From Kiritimatiellia bacterium (lineage in GTDB: Bacteria; Verrucomicrobiota; Kiritimatiellia; RFP12; UBA1067), in the NCBI GenBank assembly GCA_045536845.1, contig JAZSOG010000011.1, positions 34,172 through 98,171 on the forward strand: a DNA stretch of 64,000 bases. The letters are read 5' to 3'. This document shows, piece by piece, positions 45,501 through 54,029 of the stretch (within the stretch, counting starts at the first letter, position 1; each line of letters starts with the position of its first letter). The translations under genes and the position numbers were made by a program. The notes beneath the pieces are model-generated. The model searched no databases and was not told the DNA's origin. It worked only from the letters and a program-made list of their open reading frames with translations.

Positions 45501-47982
45501 ACTTCCCAAGCCGGAACTTGGAGGAGAGGAACGAGAAAATTCGGTCGGGGTGCGACTCCCAAAGCGGCGGCTGCCCATTAAGGCCGAAAATGCAGTCGTC
45601 TGCGAGTTTTTCCCACTTCTCGTTCAGCTCCGGGCCAAGAATCTTTGCGATGGATTCAATCCTGGCGACCATCGCCACGGCACAGGCAAGGTCGCCAGCG
45701 GCAGAAAGCCAAGGCCCGTCCGCGCCCTTTTCCTCTACAAAGCGCCGCGCCGCGAGAAGCGCGACTTCCTTCATCACCGCCTCGGCCTTGCTGGCGCGCG
45801 ACGAATCCGCAAGCCGAATCACCTCGAGCGAGGCGTTCATCTGCAGAAACGAATACCCGGGCATCTGCCACTTCCGCTCCTGCTCGGAAAGCTTCGACAC
45901 GCCCCAAGACTGCTCTATCGCCTCGTCGACGAATTTCTCGTACGCCTCGCGGTAGCGTTCGTTGCCAGTCGTCTTCCACGCCGCGGCGTACACCATCGGC
46001 AGCCGCGCCGCCTCGTGCGGCTGCACATTCCACATCTTTAGGACACCCTTCGCGTCTTGCCTCCCGTTCGCGTCAAGCGCGTTCCATCCGTTCGTCTCGG
46101 TGACGTTTGCAATCATCCTGTCGGCAAGCGCGGCAAATGCGCCGCGTATCGCGTCCTTCTCATCGCGTGACGCCATCCCGCTCTCGTAGTAACGATAGAG
46201 TCCGTGTACGAAGTGGGTGATCTGGTCGCGCGAAGAGCCCCTGTTCACCGTTGCGCCGTCGCGCGACACGCCGCGGCACACATAGCCGGGGATCTTCGTG
46301 CCAAGCGAGAGAAGCGCCTTTGCGACGCCCTTCGCGCGCTCCGCGTCGTATTTGTCGACGAGCGCTGAAAGCGCGAGCCCAGCGATTATCGCGCAATCTT
46401 CGGTATCGTCCTCTCCCGCACCGAGGAAAAGCCCCGTCGCCTCGGAGCGGAACGTCGATGCGTGCGCCCAGGTCGCGGCGAAAGTGTCGAACTGGAATGG
46501 GATGCGGCAGCGAACGACCTCGTTGCCGTCGAACACGTTGTATTTCGGCAGGCGCGGCTCGTCATCCATTATCTTCGCGAGCTTCGGATACCTTCCCGCC
46601 CACGGCTCGGAACGATAGCCGAGATCTTCGGCCTTCTTCACGAGGTTCCAGCTCGGATCGTCCGGATTGTTCCAGTGCTGCGTCCAGGTGACCCCGCGGT
46701 CGTCGAGGTGGATCGCGATGTCGCAGTCTACCATCTTGTTCCCGACGACGACGTTCTCTCGTCCGCCGCCGAGCATCACGGCGCAGCCCGCGCGCTCGAA
46801 GACGTTGCTTGCTACCGTATCGCCGCAGTCGCAGTCGTCAAGGTACACGCCCATCGTGAAGACGTCGCGGCTCTTGCCGTTCGATATCGTGCGCCCGAGG
46901 TCGTGGATGCGGTTTCCTACGACCTTGTTGCCCTGGCTCGTCCAGTCGCGACCAGTGTAAAGCGCACCCGCGTCGCCTGTCTCCTTCACGACGTCGAAGA
47001 TGTCGTTCCCTTCGATCAGATGCTCGTTGCCGCCGTAGATGATCGCCGAATGGGGCGCGTCGTGGATGCGACAGCCGACGACCTCGTTGCCGCAGCCGTG
47101 CATCGCGACGCCAGGCGCGTATACGCGCTGCAGGAGTGCGAAGCGCGAGATGTCGCACCCGACGACGCGGTTGCCGCCCTTCGCGAGAGTGCGCCTGTTG
47201 CCGCCGTTCAGCGCGACGCCCCTCCGCCCGACGTTGCGTATGACGCAGTTTGAGATGACGACCCCTTCGCAGTCTCCGGCGATGTCGATGCCGTCTCCGG
47301 CAACGCATTCAATCGTGCAATCCGCCACGAGAACGTCGCGGCAGTCGCGGAGCACGAGTCCCGCGCCGCCGCCAAGCGCGATCGTCTTCCCTCGCACGAC
47401 CTCGCCGCGCCGGTGTTCGAGAAGCAAGACCGGCTCGTCGCCCCAGGCGATCGTCACCGGATTGGACGCGATATCGCCCCCGGGCGGGATAAAGAAAAGC
47501 GTGCTTCCCTCGACAAGCCATTCGCCCTCGGTGTCGAGGAAGCTCCTGTGACCGACGGCGTAGAACCGGCGCTTCTTCTGACCCCAGCTCGCCTTGCCGA
47601 TGCCGAACACGTGCTTGTCCTTGAACCGCGCGACGCCGTTCGAGACGGACGCGACGCGCAGTATCTCGAAAGCCCAGTCGTGCGTCCAGTAGCCGGCGAG
47701 CGAATAGCCGGAATCTGGCAGGCCCGTGACAGTCACGTTGTCCTCTCCTTCGAAAGTGAACCACGAGCCCTCCTCGGGTTCGCGTGCAAGCGTCATCGGA
47801 GCGCTTCCGAAGTATAAAGATGGGTGGCGAGGGAGATTCGTCCAACCGCCGCTATGGTATTCACCAGGAGTGACGCTGATGCCAATCCCAGAGAGGTCGC
47901 ACGACCAGACGCCGTTCTCGCCTTTGACAAATGAATCGGCGGGGAGAATCGCGGAAGCCGCCAGCAGAAGTGTTGCTATCAT
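45499..47982 (-). CDS. right-handed parallel beta-helix repeat enzyme (polysaccharide lyase/hydrolase-like) with a C-terminal alpha-helical domain
   Basis: Repeated ..V.GC.I.D..HSAIIYGGNEHLIEGNDIFDV..ETGDAGALYTGRDW..QGNKVVGNRIHDLG is typical of beta-helix (pectate-lyase-fold) proteins. N-terminal signal MIATLLLAASAILPA. Confidence 0.75.
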   Translation of the reverse strand: MIATLLLAASAILPADSFVKGENGVWSCDLSGIGISVTPGEYHSGGWTNLPRHPSLYFGSAPMTLAREPEEGSWFTFEGEDNVTVTGLPDSGYSLAGYWTHDWAFEILRVASVSNGVARFKDKHVFGIGKASWGQKKRRFYAVGHRSFLDTEGEWLVEGSTLFFIPPGGDIASNPVTIAWGDEPVLLLEHRRGEVVRGKTIALGGGAGLVLRDCRDVLVADCTIECVAGDGIDIAGDCEGVVISNCVIRNVGRRGVALNGGNRRTLAKGGNRVVGCDISRFALLQRVYAPGVAMHGCGNEVVGCRIHDAPHSAIIYGGNEHLIEGNDIFDVVKETGDAGALYTGRDWTSQGNKVVGNRIHDLGRTISNGKSRDVFTMGVYLDDCDCGDTVASNVFERAGCAVMLGGGRENVVVGNKMVDCDIAIHLDDRGVTWTQHWNNPDDPSWNLVKKAEDLGYRSEPWAGRYPKLAKIMDDEPRLPKYNVFDGNEVVRCRIPFQFDTFAATWAHASTFRSEATGLFLGAGEDDTEDCAIIAGLALSALVDKYDAERAKGVAKALLSLGTKIPGYVCRGVSRDGATVNRGSSRDQITHFVHGLYRYYESGMASRDEKDAIRGAFAALADRMIANVTETNGWNALDANGRQDAKGVLKMWNVQPHEAARLPMVYAAAWKTTGNERYREAYEKFVDEAIEQSWGVSKLSEQERKWQMPGYSFLQMNASLEVIRLADSSRASKAEAVMKEVALLAARRFVEEKGADGPWLSAAGDLACAVAMVARIESIAKILGPELNEKWEKLADDCIFGLNGQPPLWESHPDRIFSFLSSKFRLGK

Positions 47983-47988
47983 GGTTTC

Positions 47989-48059
47989 ATTATACCAAAA
48001 CCGCGCGACGGCAATCTATACAATAGTATAGAGACTGCGATGCACCTCTTTGATATAAT
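47989..48059. promoter_or_regulatory. bidirectional promoter region: central palindrome TCTATAC-AATA-GTATAGA (48015..48032) flanked by TGGTATAAT (hexamer 47989..47994, minus) and TATAAT (48054..48059, plus)
   Basis: Read directly. Spacing from the 6-bp arms to the -10 hexamers is 21 nt on the minus side and 22 nt on the plus side. Confidence 0.6.
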
Positions 48060-48082
48060 AAGGCCAACACAAGGGGACTACA

Positions 48083-50338
48083 ATGAACAACAAGCTTGCC
48101 AACTTTGCACCACTCCTGTTCCTTGCCTTCGCCACGCGCGCCGCCGTTCCGTATGGCGCCGCGCCGCAGCAGACCGGCGACCTCGTACTGCCGTCCGGCG
48201 AAATCACCGCCGCGACGCCGAAAATCCTCTTGATACACGGCGGCGGATGGACTTCCGAAAAATACCTTCGCGGCACGCTCGCCGACGAAGCCGCGCTTTT
48301 CCGCGACGCTGGATACGCAGTCTACAACATCGACTACCGTCTCGCGCCTGGAGCCGCGTGGCCGCTGATCGGAGACGACTGCCTTGCAGCAGCGAAGAAA
48401 CTCGTCTCGTGCAAGGGGATGCCGGAACTAGCCGCAGCCGCGGGAAAGCCAATCGCCATACTCGGCGTCTCGGCTGGCGGGCATCTCGCGCTCATGACGG
48501 GTCTGCGCCTCCCGCGCGCCGACGTGCTTGGCGTAATCTCAGTTTCAGGCATCGCAGACCCAGAGCAGGATTCAAAAGACCACCCCGCACGCTATGAGGC
48601 GCTCTTCGCGGGCGGGCCGATAGACCCCAAGGCGTTTCCAGAAGCGCACCTCTCGCCCGACGCGCCGCCGATCCTCTTCACCCACTGCTGGAACGATACG
48701 GTCGTTCCGATCGTCTCTCCAATCAAGCTCGCTCGCGCGATGACCGACCGCAAGCTCCACGCCGAGACATACTTCTACGACTTCGATCGGACGAACCAAG
48801 GGCACGCGATCTGGGACGTCTCCAACAAGAAACGCCACGTCCTCTATCCCGACATCCACGAGCGATGCCTCAAGTTCCTGCGCGACGTGCGCGGACTGCC
48901 GCAGCCGCTTCCATCCTCCGCAAACCCCAAGTTCCTCGGCAAGCTCCGCGACATATCCGCCGCGGAGGTAAAAGACAGCGGCGTCTCGATTGGCTTCGAG
49001 TGTCTCGACCGCGACCTCTTCGACCCCGAGCCATGCTACGACCGCATCGCCTCGATCGGCGTGAAGAACGCCCGAGTCCAGACCGGCTGGTGGAAATGCG
49101 AAAAGGAGAAAGGCGTCTACGACTGGACATGGCTCGACGGCATAGTCGGCAACCTCGAAAAGCGCGGAATCAAGGTGTGGTTCAACGTCGGCTTCGGCAA
49201 CAAGCTCTACATGACAAACACCTTCGGCGAGGCGTCGGTCGGCTTCGTGCCGATACACTACGGGCCCGAGTGCGAACAGGCGTGGAAGAACTACTGCCGT
49301 GCGCTCGCCGAGCACTACAAGGGACGTGTGGACCGCTTCGAGATCTGGAACGAAGTGAACGGAAAGAGCTTCTGGCGTCCGAAGGAGCCGAACGCGACGG
49401 AGTACGCGCGGCTTGTCGCGATCACGGCCAAGGCAATCCGCGAGGCGCAGCCAGACGCAAAGTGCGGCGGATGCGTGATGAGCTTCCCGACGCCGTTCCT
49501 CGACGAGTTCAAGCGTGCCGGCGGGCTCGCCCATCTGGACTTCTTCTCGTTCCACCCCTACGACCCGCGCCCCGAGTCGGGTTGGCCGGATCGCGTGAAG
49601 TGGCTGCGCCCCTTCTTCCATGGCGCAGGCCGCGGCGGGAAAGACGTCAAGATCTGGCAGGGAGAGAGCGGCTTCGCATCGTGGGCGCCGAAAAAGTACT
49701 GGCAGCCGCGCATCATCCGCGAAAGCGAGCGCGCACAAGCCGTCTGGCTCCTGCGCCGCTATGTACTGGACTTCTCGTTAGGAATCCCGTTCTCCTCGTA
49801 TTTCCAGACCGCCGACATGATGAAAAAAGGCTACCAGATGGGGAACTCGGAACAGAGTGCGTTCAATGTCGCGCGGCAGGGTGTGCTAAATGGCCTCACA
49901 TACACGCCGAAACCGGCGTACCGCGCCCTCGCAAGCATCGCCGCGGTGTTCCGCGACGGGGTCAGGCCGGACGCCAGGGCCGTCTTCTCCGCGACACGCG
50001 AAACCGCCCCCTCCGACAAGACGCCACCGGACGGCGCGACGATCCGCTGCCTCGCCTTCACGCGAGGCCCCGTGCCGCTCTACGTCTACTACATGTCGAC
50101 CGACCCGCAGCGCGCGTGGAGCGACAAGACCGCCCGCACGACGCTTCGAATCGAGATAAACGACCACACGTCCGTGATCCGCTCGCCGGTTCTCGTGAAC
50201 CTGCTCACAGGAGACGTCTTCGAACTTTCACTCCGCACCGATCCCGCCGTGCCAGGCGCGATCTTCGTCGACAACCTTCCGCTCTCCGACGCGCCGATGC
50301 TCGTCTGCGACCGCTCTGCAATAGAGCTAGGCCGCTGA
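48083..50338 (+). CDS. fusion of an alpha/beta-hydrolase (acetyl-esterase/lipase-like) domain and a clan GH-A glycoside hydrolase domain
   Basis: Esterase part: LLIHGGGWTSE oxyanion motif, nucleophile elbow GVSAGGHLA. GH part: RFEIWNEVNGKSFW (acid/base NE) and KIWQGESGFASW (nucleophile-like E). N-terminal signal MNNKLANFAPLLFLAFATRAA. Confidence 0.75.
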   Translation: MNNKLANFAPLLFLAFATRAAVPYGAAPQQTGDLVLPSGEITAATPKILLIHGGGWTSEKYLRGTLADEAALFRDAGYAVYNIDYRLAPGAAWPLIGDDCLAAAKKLVSCKGMPELAAAAGKPIAILGVSAGGHLALMTGLRLPRADVLGVISVSGIADPEQDSKDHPARYEALFAGGPIDPKAFPEAHLSPDAPPILFTHCWNDTVVPIVSPIKLARAMTDRKLHAETYFYDFDRTNQGHAIWDVSNKKRHVLYPDIHERCLKFLRDVRGLPQPLPSSANPKFLGKLRDISAAEVKDSGVSIGFECLDRDLFDPEPCYDRIASIGVKNARVQTGWWKCEKEKGVYDWTWLDGIVGNLEKRGIKVWFNVGFGNKLYMTNTFGEASVGFVPIHYGPECEQAWKNYCRALAEHYKGRVDRFEIWNEVNGKSFWRPKEPNATEYARLVAITAKAIREAQPDAKCGGCVMSFPTPFLDEFKRAGGLAHLDFFSFHPYDPRPESGWPDRVKWLRPFFHGAGRGGKDVKIWQGESGFASWAPKKYWQPRIIRESERAQAVWLLRRYVLDFSLGIPFSSYFQTADMMKKGYQMGNSEQSAFNVARQGVLNGLTYTPKPAYRALASIAAVFRDGVRPDARAVFSATRETAPSDKTPPDGATIRCLAFTRGPVPLYVYYMSTDPQRAWSDKTARTTLRIEINDHTSVIRSPVLVNLLTGDVFELSLRTDPAVPGAIFVDNLPLSDAPMLVCDRSAIELGR

Positions 50339-50342
50339 CCCG

Positions 50343-51773
50343 TCAGAACGCGAAGTCGATCTGCCAGCGGAAGAAGTAGCCGGGCTTGTCGGTGTCGTAG
50401 TAGTCGCCCGGATTAAAGAGCTCGGCTATGACATGCCCGTAGACCTCGAAGCGCTCGCCCTTGTCCTTGGCAGGCGTCCAGATAGGGAACGTGTAGAGGG
50501 CGCGAGAGAAAAGCCCCTTGAAGCGGCCATTGCCACCGCCGACACCGTCGCGATCTGCCGCAAACACCGGTCCAGTGGAGACTATGACCTTGTGGCGAGG
50601 CGAGAACTCAACGCCGCCCCAGAGCTTGAGGTAGTGCTGGTTCGACCACCAACCGACGCCGTCGTGCGTTCCATAGAGGTACATCTCCGACTCAATCGCG
50701 TCGCGGCCCCACATCGGGTCCCACTTGCCGCTCATGTAGCGGTAGTCCGCGCCGCAGAGGGGCTTCCAGCCATCGCGCGAGCTCTTCCAGTTGATTCCGG
50801 CGAAACCGCTCCACTCGCCGCACCTCTGGTACATCAAGTCGAAATCGGCTTTGACCGTCTCGGAAAGCCGCGGCTGGACGCGCGCGCCGATGAGATCCGT
50901 GCGGCGGCTTCTCTGGGGGCTCTGCGTCTCGCGCAGGCGCTTGGTAACGGCGAACACCTGGTATTCAAGCCAATCCACGGGCTTCTGCCCCCACACGACG
51001 CCCGCGCCCCAGTCGTCCTGGTTGCCCGAGCCGTCGGGGAAGCGCGACGAGAGCGAGGAGAGGCGATGGCGATCGTCGCCGATGCGGAAGTCGCTCGCCG
51101 AGTCGAAGTTGTAGAGCCCAAAGACGTCGAGCGTCGAGGTTTCGGTCACGTGGAACCTGACGGACGCCATGTCTGTGTAGAGCGTACGCGACCCGTCGCC
51201 CGGAGTGCCGTCGACGAAAATGCGGTCAAGCCCGCAGAGCCCGCGCAGGTTCTGGCGGCCGACCTTCAAGTCGAGAAAGCCGTCAAACACGCCCTTTCCT
51301 TCGAGATAAAGATTGTCGAGGACGATTTCGCCCGGCCACGCAGTCGTGCGGTTCGCAGGACGGCTGTTCCAGCGGAACTCGTCTGCGAGACGACCATAGA
51401 GCGTCCAGAGACCGGCCGCACCAGCATCGCCCTTCAACTCGGCCCAAACGCGCGGGCGGAAGCGGATGTGGTTGCGATAGCCCGACTCGCGGAAGCGGAA
51501 CGCGCGGAAACCGCCATACGGATTCCCAGGGACATGGTCCATTATCTCCTGGCGGATGCGCAGGTCTGCACCCGCGTTAAAGCTAAGCCCCGAGTCGTCG
51601 GATTTCTGAACAACGGCTTCAGGTGCAGTCGCTGCCGGGACGGCGACTTCTGTAGCAACAGGCTCAGAAGCAGTGGCTTTCGGGGCAGCGGACTCTTGAT
51701 CGGCCGCCGCACAGTGAGAGAAAAGCGCGAGCGCGGCGCTCGCAACGCAAATGCCGCGGAAGGGAATCGTCAT
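50343..51773 (-). CDS. outer-membrane beta-barrel protein (alginate-export/porin-like)
   Basis: Signal peptide ..AALALFSHCAAA and alternating amphipathic strands. It ends ...YFFRWQIDFAF, with the terminal aromatic residue typical of BAM substrates. The family assignment is tentative. Confidence 0.65.
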   Translation of the reverse strand: MTIPFRGICVASAALALFSHCAAADQESAAPKATASEPVATEVAVPAATAPEAVVQKSDDSGLSFNAGADLRIRQEIMDHVPGNPYGGFRAFRFRESGYRNHIRFRPRVWAELKGDAGAAGLWTLYGRLADEFRWNSRPANRTTAWPGEIVLDNLYLEGKGVFDGFLDLKVGRQNLRGLCGLDRIFVDGTPGDGSRTLYTDMASVRFHVTETSTLDVFGLYNFDSASDFRIGDDRHRLSSLSSRFPDGSGNQDDWGAGVVWGQKPVDWLEYQVFAVTKRLRETQSPQRSRRTDLIGARVQPRLSETVKADFDLMYQRCGEWSGFAGINWKSSRDGWKPLCGADYRYMSGKWDPMWGRDAIESEMYLYGTHDGVGWWSNQHYLKLWGGVEFSPRHKVIVSTGPVFAADRDGVGGGNGRFKGLFSRALYTFPIWTPAKDKGERFEVYGHVIAELFNPGDYYDTDKPGYFFRWQIDFAF

Positions 51774-51789
51774 GCGGGGTGTACCTTTC

Positions 51790-53091
51790 TTACTTGACGG
51801 GTTCGAGGCGTTCCTTGCCGCCCATGTAGGGGCGAAGCACCTCGGGAATCGTCACCGAGCCGTCGGCATTGAGGTGCTGCTCGAGGAGCGCGACGACGAG
51901 GCGCGGCAGAGCGACGCCAGAGCCGTTCAGCGTGTGTACGAGCTTCGTCTTGCCGTCGGAATCCTTGAAGCGGCAGTTGAGGCGGCGCGCCTGGTAGTCG
52001 GTGAAGCAGCTGCACGAGCTGACTTCAAGCCACTGCTGTTCGCCAGGAGCCCAAAGCTCGAGGTCGTAGCACTTCGCGGCCGAGAAGCCCATGTCGCCCG
52101 ACGAGAGCATGATGACACGGAACGCGAGGCCGAGCCCCGTAAGCACCTCTTCGGCTTCCTTGACGAGCGTCTCAAGCTGCTGGAACGAGACGGACGGATG
52201 GACGAAGTTGACCATTTCGACCTTGTCGAACTGGTGGACGCGCAGCATGCCGCGCGTCATCTTGCCGGCAGACCCTGCCTCGCGGCGGAAGCACGGCGTG
52301 TAGGCCGTGAGCTTGACAGGCGTCTCGGGCGTGATCTTCGGAAGGTTCACGCCGTCGAAGATGTCGTCACGGTAGTAGTTGGTGACAGGCACCTCGGCCG
52401 TCGGGATCAGCCAGAAGTCGTCGATCTGGCAGTGGTAAAGGTCTTCCGCGAACTTCGGGAGCTGGCCGGTGCCGGTCATCGAGTCGCTGTTCACGACGAA
52501 CGGCGGCAGCATCTCGGTGTATCCCTGCTTCTGGCAGTGGAGGTCGAGCATGTACTGGACGAGCGCGCGCTGAAGCTTCGCGCCCTGGCCGAGGATCACG
52601 GGGAAGCCCGTGCCCGTGAGCTTGACGCCGCGCGGGAAATCGAAGATGCCGAGCTTTTCGCCGATCTCGATATGCGTCGGGATCTTGAAGTCGGGATCCT
52701 TCCACTCGCCGACCATCCTGACGATCTTGTTCGTCGAGCTGTCGGGGCCGGTCGGGATCTCGGCCGCGGGGATGTTCGGGATCATCAGAAGCGTCTCGCG
52801 GAGATCGACGTCGACCTGCGCGAGCTCGCGGTCGATCTCTGCGATGCGGTCGCCGACCTTGCGCATCTCGTCCTTCGCGGCCGCGATGTCGCCTCCTGCA
52901 GCGGCGATCTTGCCGATCTCCTTCGAGGCGGCGTTGCGCTTCGCCTTCAGCGTCTCGGTCTCGGCGATGAGCGCGCGGCGCTTCGCGTCGAGGTCCTTCG
53001 CCTTTTGGAGTTTCTCGATCTCGACTCCGCGGCGGCCAAGCTCGGCCGCAGTCGCGTCGAATTCATCCCTCAGCTTCTTGATGTCGATCAT
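51790..53091 (-). CDS. serS: serine--tRNA ligase
   Basis: MIDIKKLRDEFDATAAELGRRGV... coiled-coil arm plus class II core (FRREAGSAGKMTRGMLRVHQFDKVE, GSGVALPRLVVALLE). Start set at ATG 53091. Confidence 0.95.
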   Translation of the reverse strand: MIDIKKLRDEFDATAAELGRRGVEIEKLQKAKDLDAKRRALIAETETLKAKRNAASKEIGKIAAAGGDIAAAKDEMRKVGDRIAEIDRELAQVDVDLRETLLMIPNIPAAEIPTGPDSSTNKIVRMVGEWKDPDFKIPTHIEIGEKLGIFDFPRGVKLTGTGFPVILGQGAKLQRALVQYMLDLHCQKQGYTEMLPPFVVNSDSMTGTGQLPKFAEDLYHCQIDDFWLIPTAEVPVTNYYRDDIFDGVNLPKITPETPVKLTAYTPCFRREAGSAGKMTRGMLRVHQFDKVEMVNFVHPSVSFQQLETLVKEAEEVLTGLGLAFRVIMLSSGDMGFSAAKCYDLELWAPGEQQWLEVSSCSCFTDYQARRLNCRFKDSDGKTKLVHTLNGSGVALPRLVVALLEQHLNADGSVTIPEVLRPYMGGKERLEPVK

Positions 53092-53146
53092 TTTTTCGTT
53101 CCTTCGGCGGCATATCGCCGCCATGGCCGTGAATTATACCATAAAT

Positions 53147-53551
53147 TCAATCGTCGGACGGAATTGTTCTGCGAAGACGCTTCACTTCCGAATGGGCGTG
53201 CTTGTCGTCGAGCATCTTCTGCTTCTGGCGGCGACTGCGGCGGCGTTTCTGGCGGCGAATCTTCTCTGCGGCCTGCCGTGCGGCCGACTTGCGCCCCTTC
53301 TCGCGCTCGAGTATGAGCTCCGCGAGCATGCGGCGCGCGAGCCAGCGGTTCGTCTCGCGGCTCCTTGTCTCGCCACAGCGCACCATGAGGCCGCTCGGCT
53401 CATGCGAGAGCCGCACTACGTTCGACGTCTTGTTCGTCTTCTGCCCGCCGGGCCCTCCTCCGAGGATGAAGCTCTCCTCGAGGTCCTCCTCGAATACGGA
53501 GGCCTCCACCATCAGCGCCTTGATGCGCTCGACGGTCTCAGGGGAGATCAC
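53147..53551 (-). CDS. RF-1-domain peptidyl-tRNA hydrolase (ArfB/YaeJ-like ribosome rescue factor)
   Basis: GGPGGQKTNKTSNVV GGQ motif and a very basic C-terminal tail (EKIRRQKRRRSRRQKQK). GTG start at 53551 overlaps the stop of the upstream gene (GTGA). The track extension to 53722 is Arg/Pro-rich and overlaps the DUF2062 gene. Confidence 0.7.
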   Translation of the reverse strand: MISPETVERIKALMVEASVFEEDLEESFILGGGPGGQKTNKTSNVVRLSHEPSGLMVRCGETRSRETNRWLARRMLAELILEREKGRKSAARQAAEKIRRQKRRRSRRQKQKMLDDKHAHSEVKRLRRTIPSDD

Positions 53552-54027
53552 GGCTCCGCCTTCCTCTGCGCGCGGCGGGCGCGGAGCGCGCGGGTGCGGA
53601 CGACGATCCGCTTCACGAAGAAGTACGCAATTGGAGTCAGCACTATGGCGAGCAGGAATCCGCCGAGGAAGAACGACGCCATCACCTCCGCGCCGAGACG
53701 CCGCACCGCAGCCCATGTCCACTCCGTCTCCGCGAGCCTGGAGTAGGTGAGCGAGCCGCCAAACAGCAGCTTGTTGACGACGAACGTCTGCGCGGGATAG
53801 ATGACGAATATCGTTACGGGGTTCGTGATGAGCGTCCCGAGCGTCGCGCCGATCTTGCTGACGCGCATCATCATCGCGAGCGGAATCGAGATGATGAGCT
53901 GCAGACCGAACGGGATTGCGCAGCCGACGAATACCCCGAGGGCCCAGCCGGCGGCTATGTCCTCAGGCGGAAGAGGGTCTCGGACCATCTTCTCGCGTAG
54001 CCGTCGGAAATAGCCGCGGAGATTCAT
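53548..54027 (-). CDS. DUF2062 domain-containing membrane protein
   Basis: PPEDIAAGWALGVFVGCAIPFGLQLIISIPLAMMMRVSKIGATLGTLITNPVT is characteristic of DUF2062. Confidence 0.8.
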   Translation of the reverse strand: MNLRGYFRRLREKMVRDPLPPEDIAAGWALGVFVGCAIPFGLQLIISIPLAMMMRVSKIGATLGTLITNPVTIFVIYPAQTFVVNKLLFGGSLTYSRLAETEWTWAAVRRLGAEVMASFFLGGFLLAIVLTPIAYFFVKRIVVRTRALRARRAQRKAEP

Positions 54028-54029
54028 CC

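Noticed and set aside
50338-50343. Convergent stops only 4 nt apart (esterase-GH fusion versus the outer-membrane barrel) as a special regulatory feature
   Set aside because: No hairpin or repeat could be identified by eye within the gene ends. This is probably just tight packing. Transcript data would be needed to say more.
48572-50379. Minus-strand 388-aa ORF (48572..49738) and plus-strand off-frame 504-aa ORF (48865..50379)
   Set aside because: Both overlap the esterase-GH fusion, which has catalytic motifs. Both are Arg/Pro-rich shadows.
53147-53722. Full 191-aa track ORF for the RF-1-domain protein
   Set aside because: The N-terminal 57 codons overlap the DUF2062 gene and are Arg/Pro-rich. 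A GTG at 53551 overlapping the upstream stop (GTGA) gives a typical ~134-aa ArfB-like protein.
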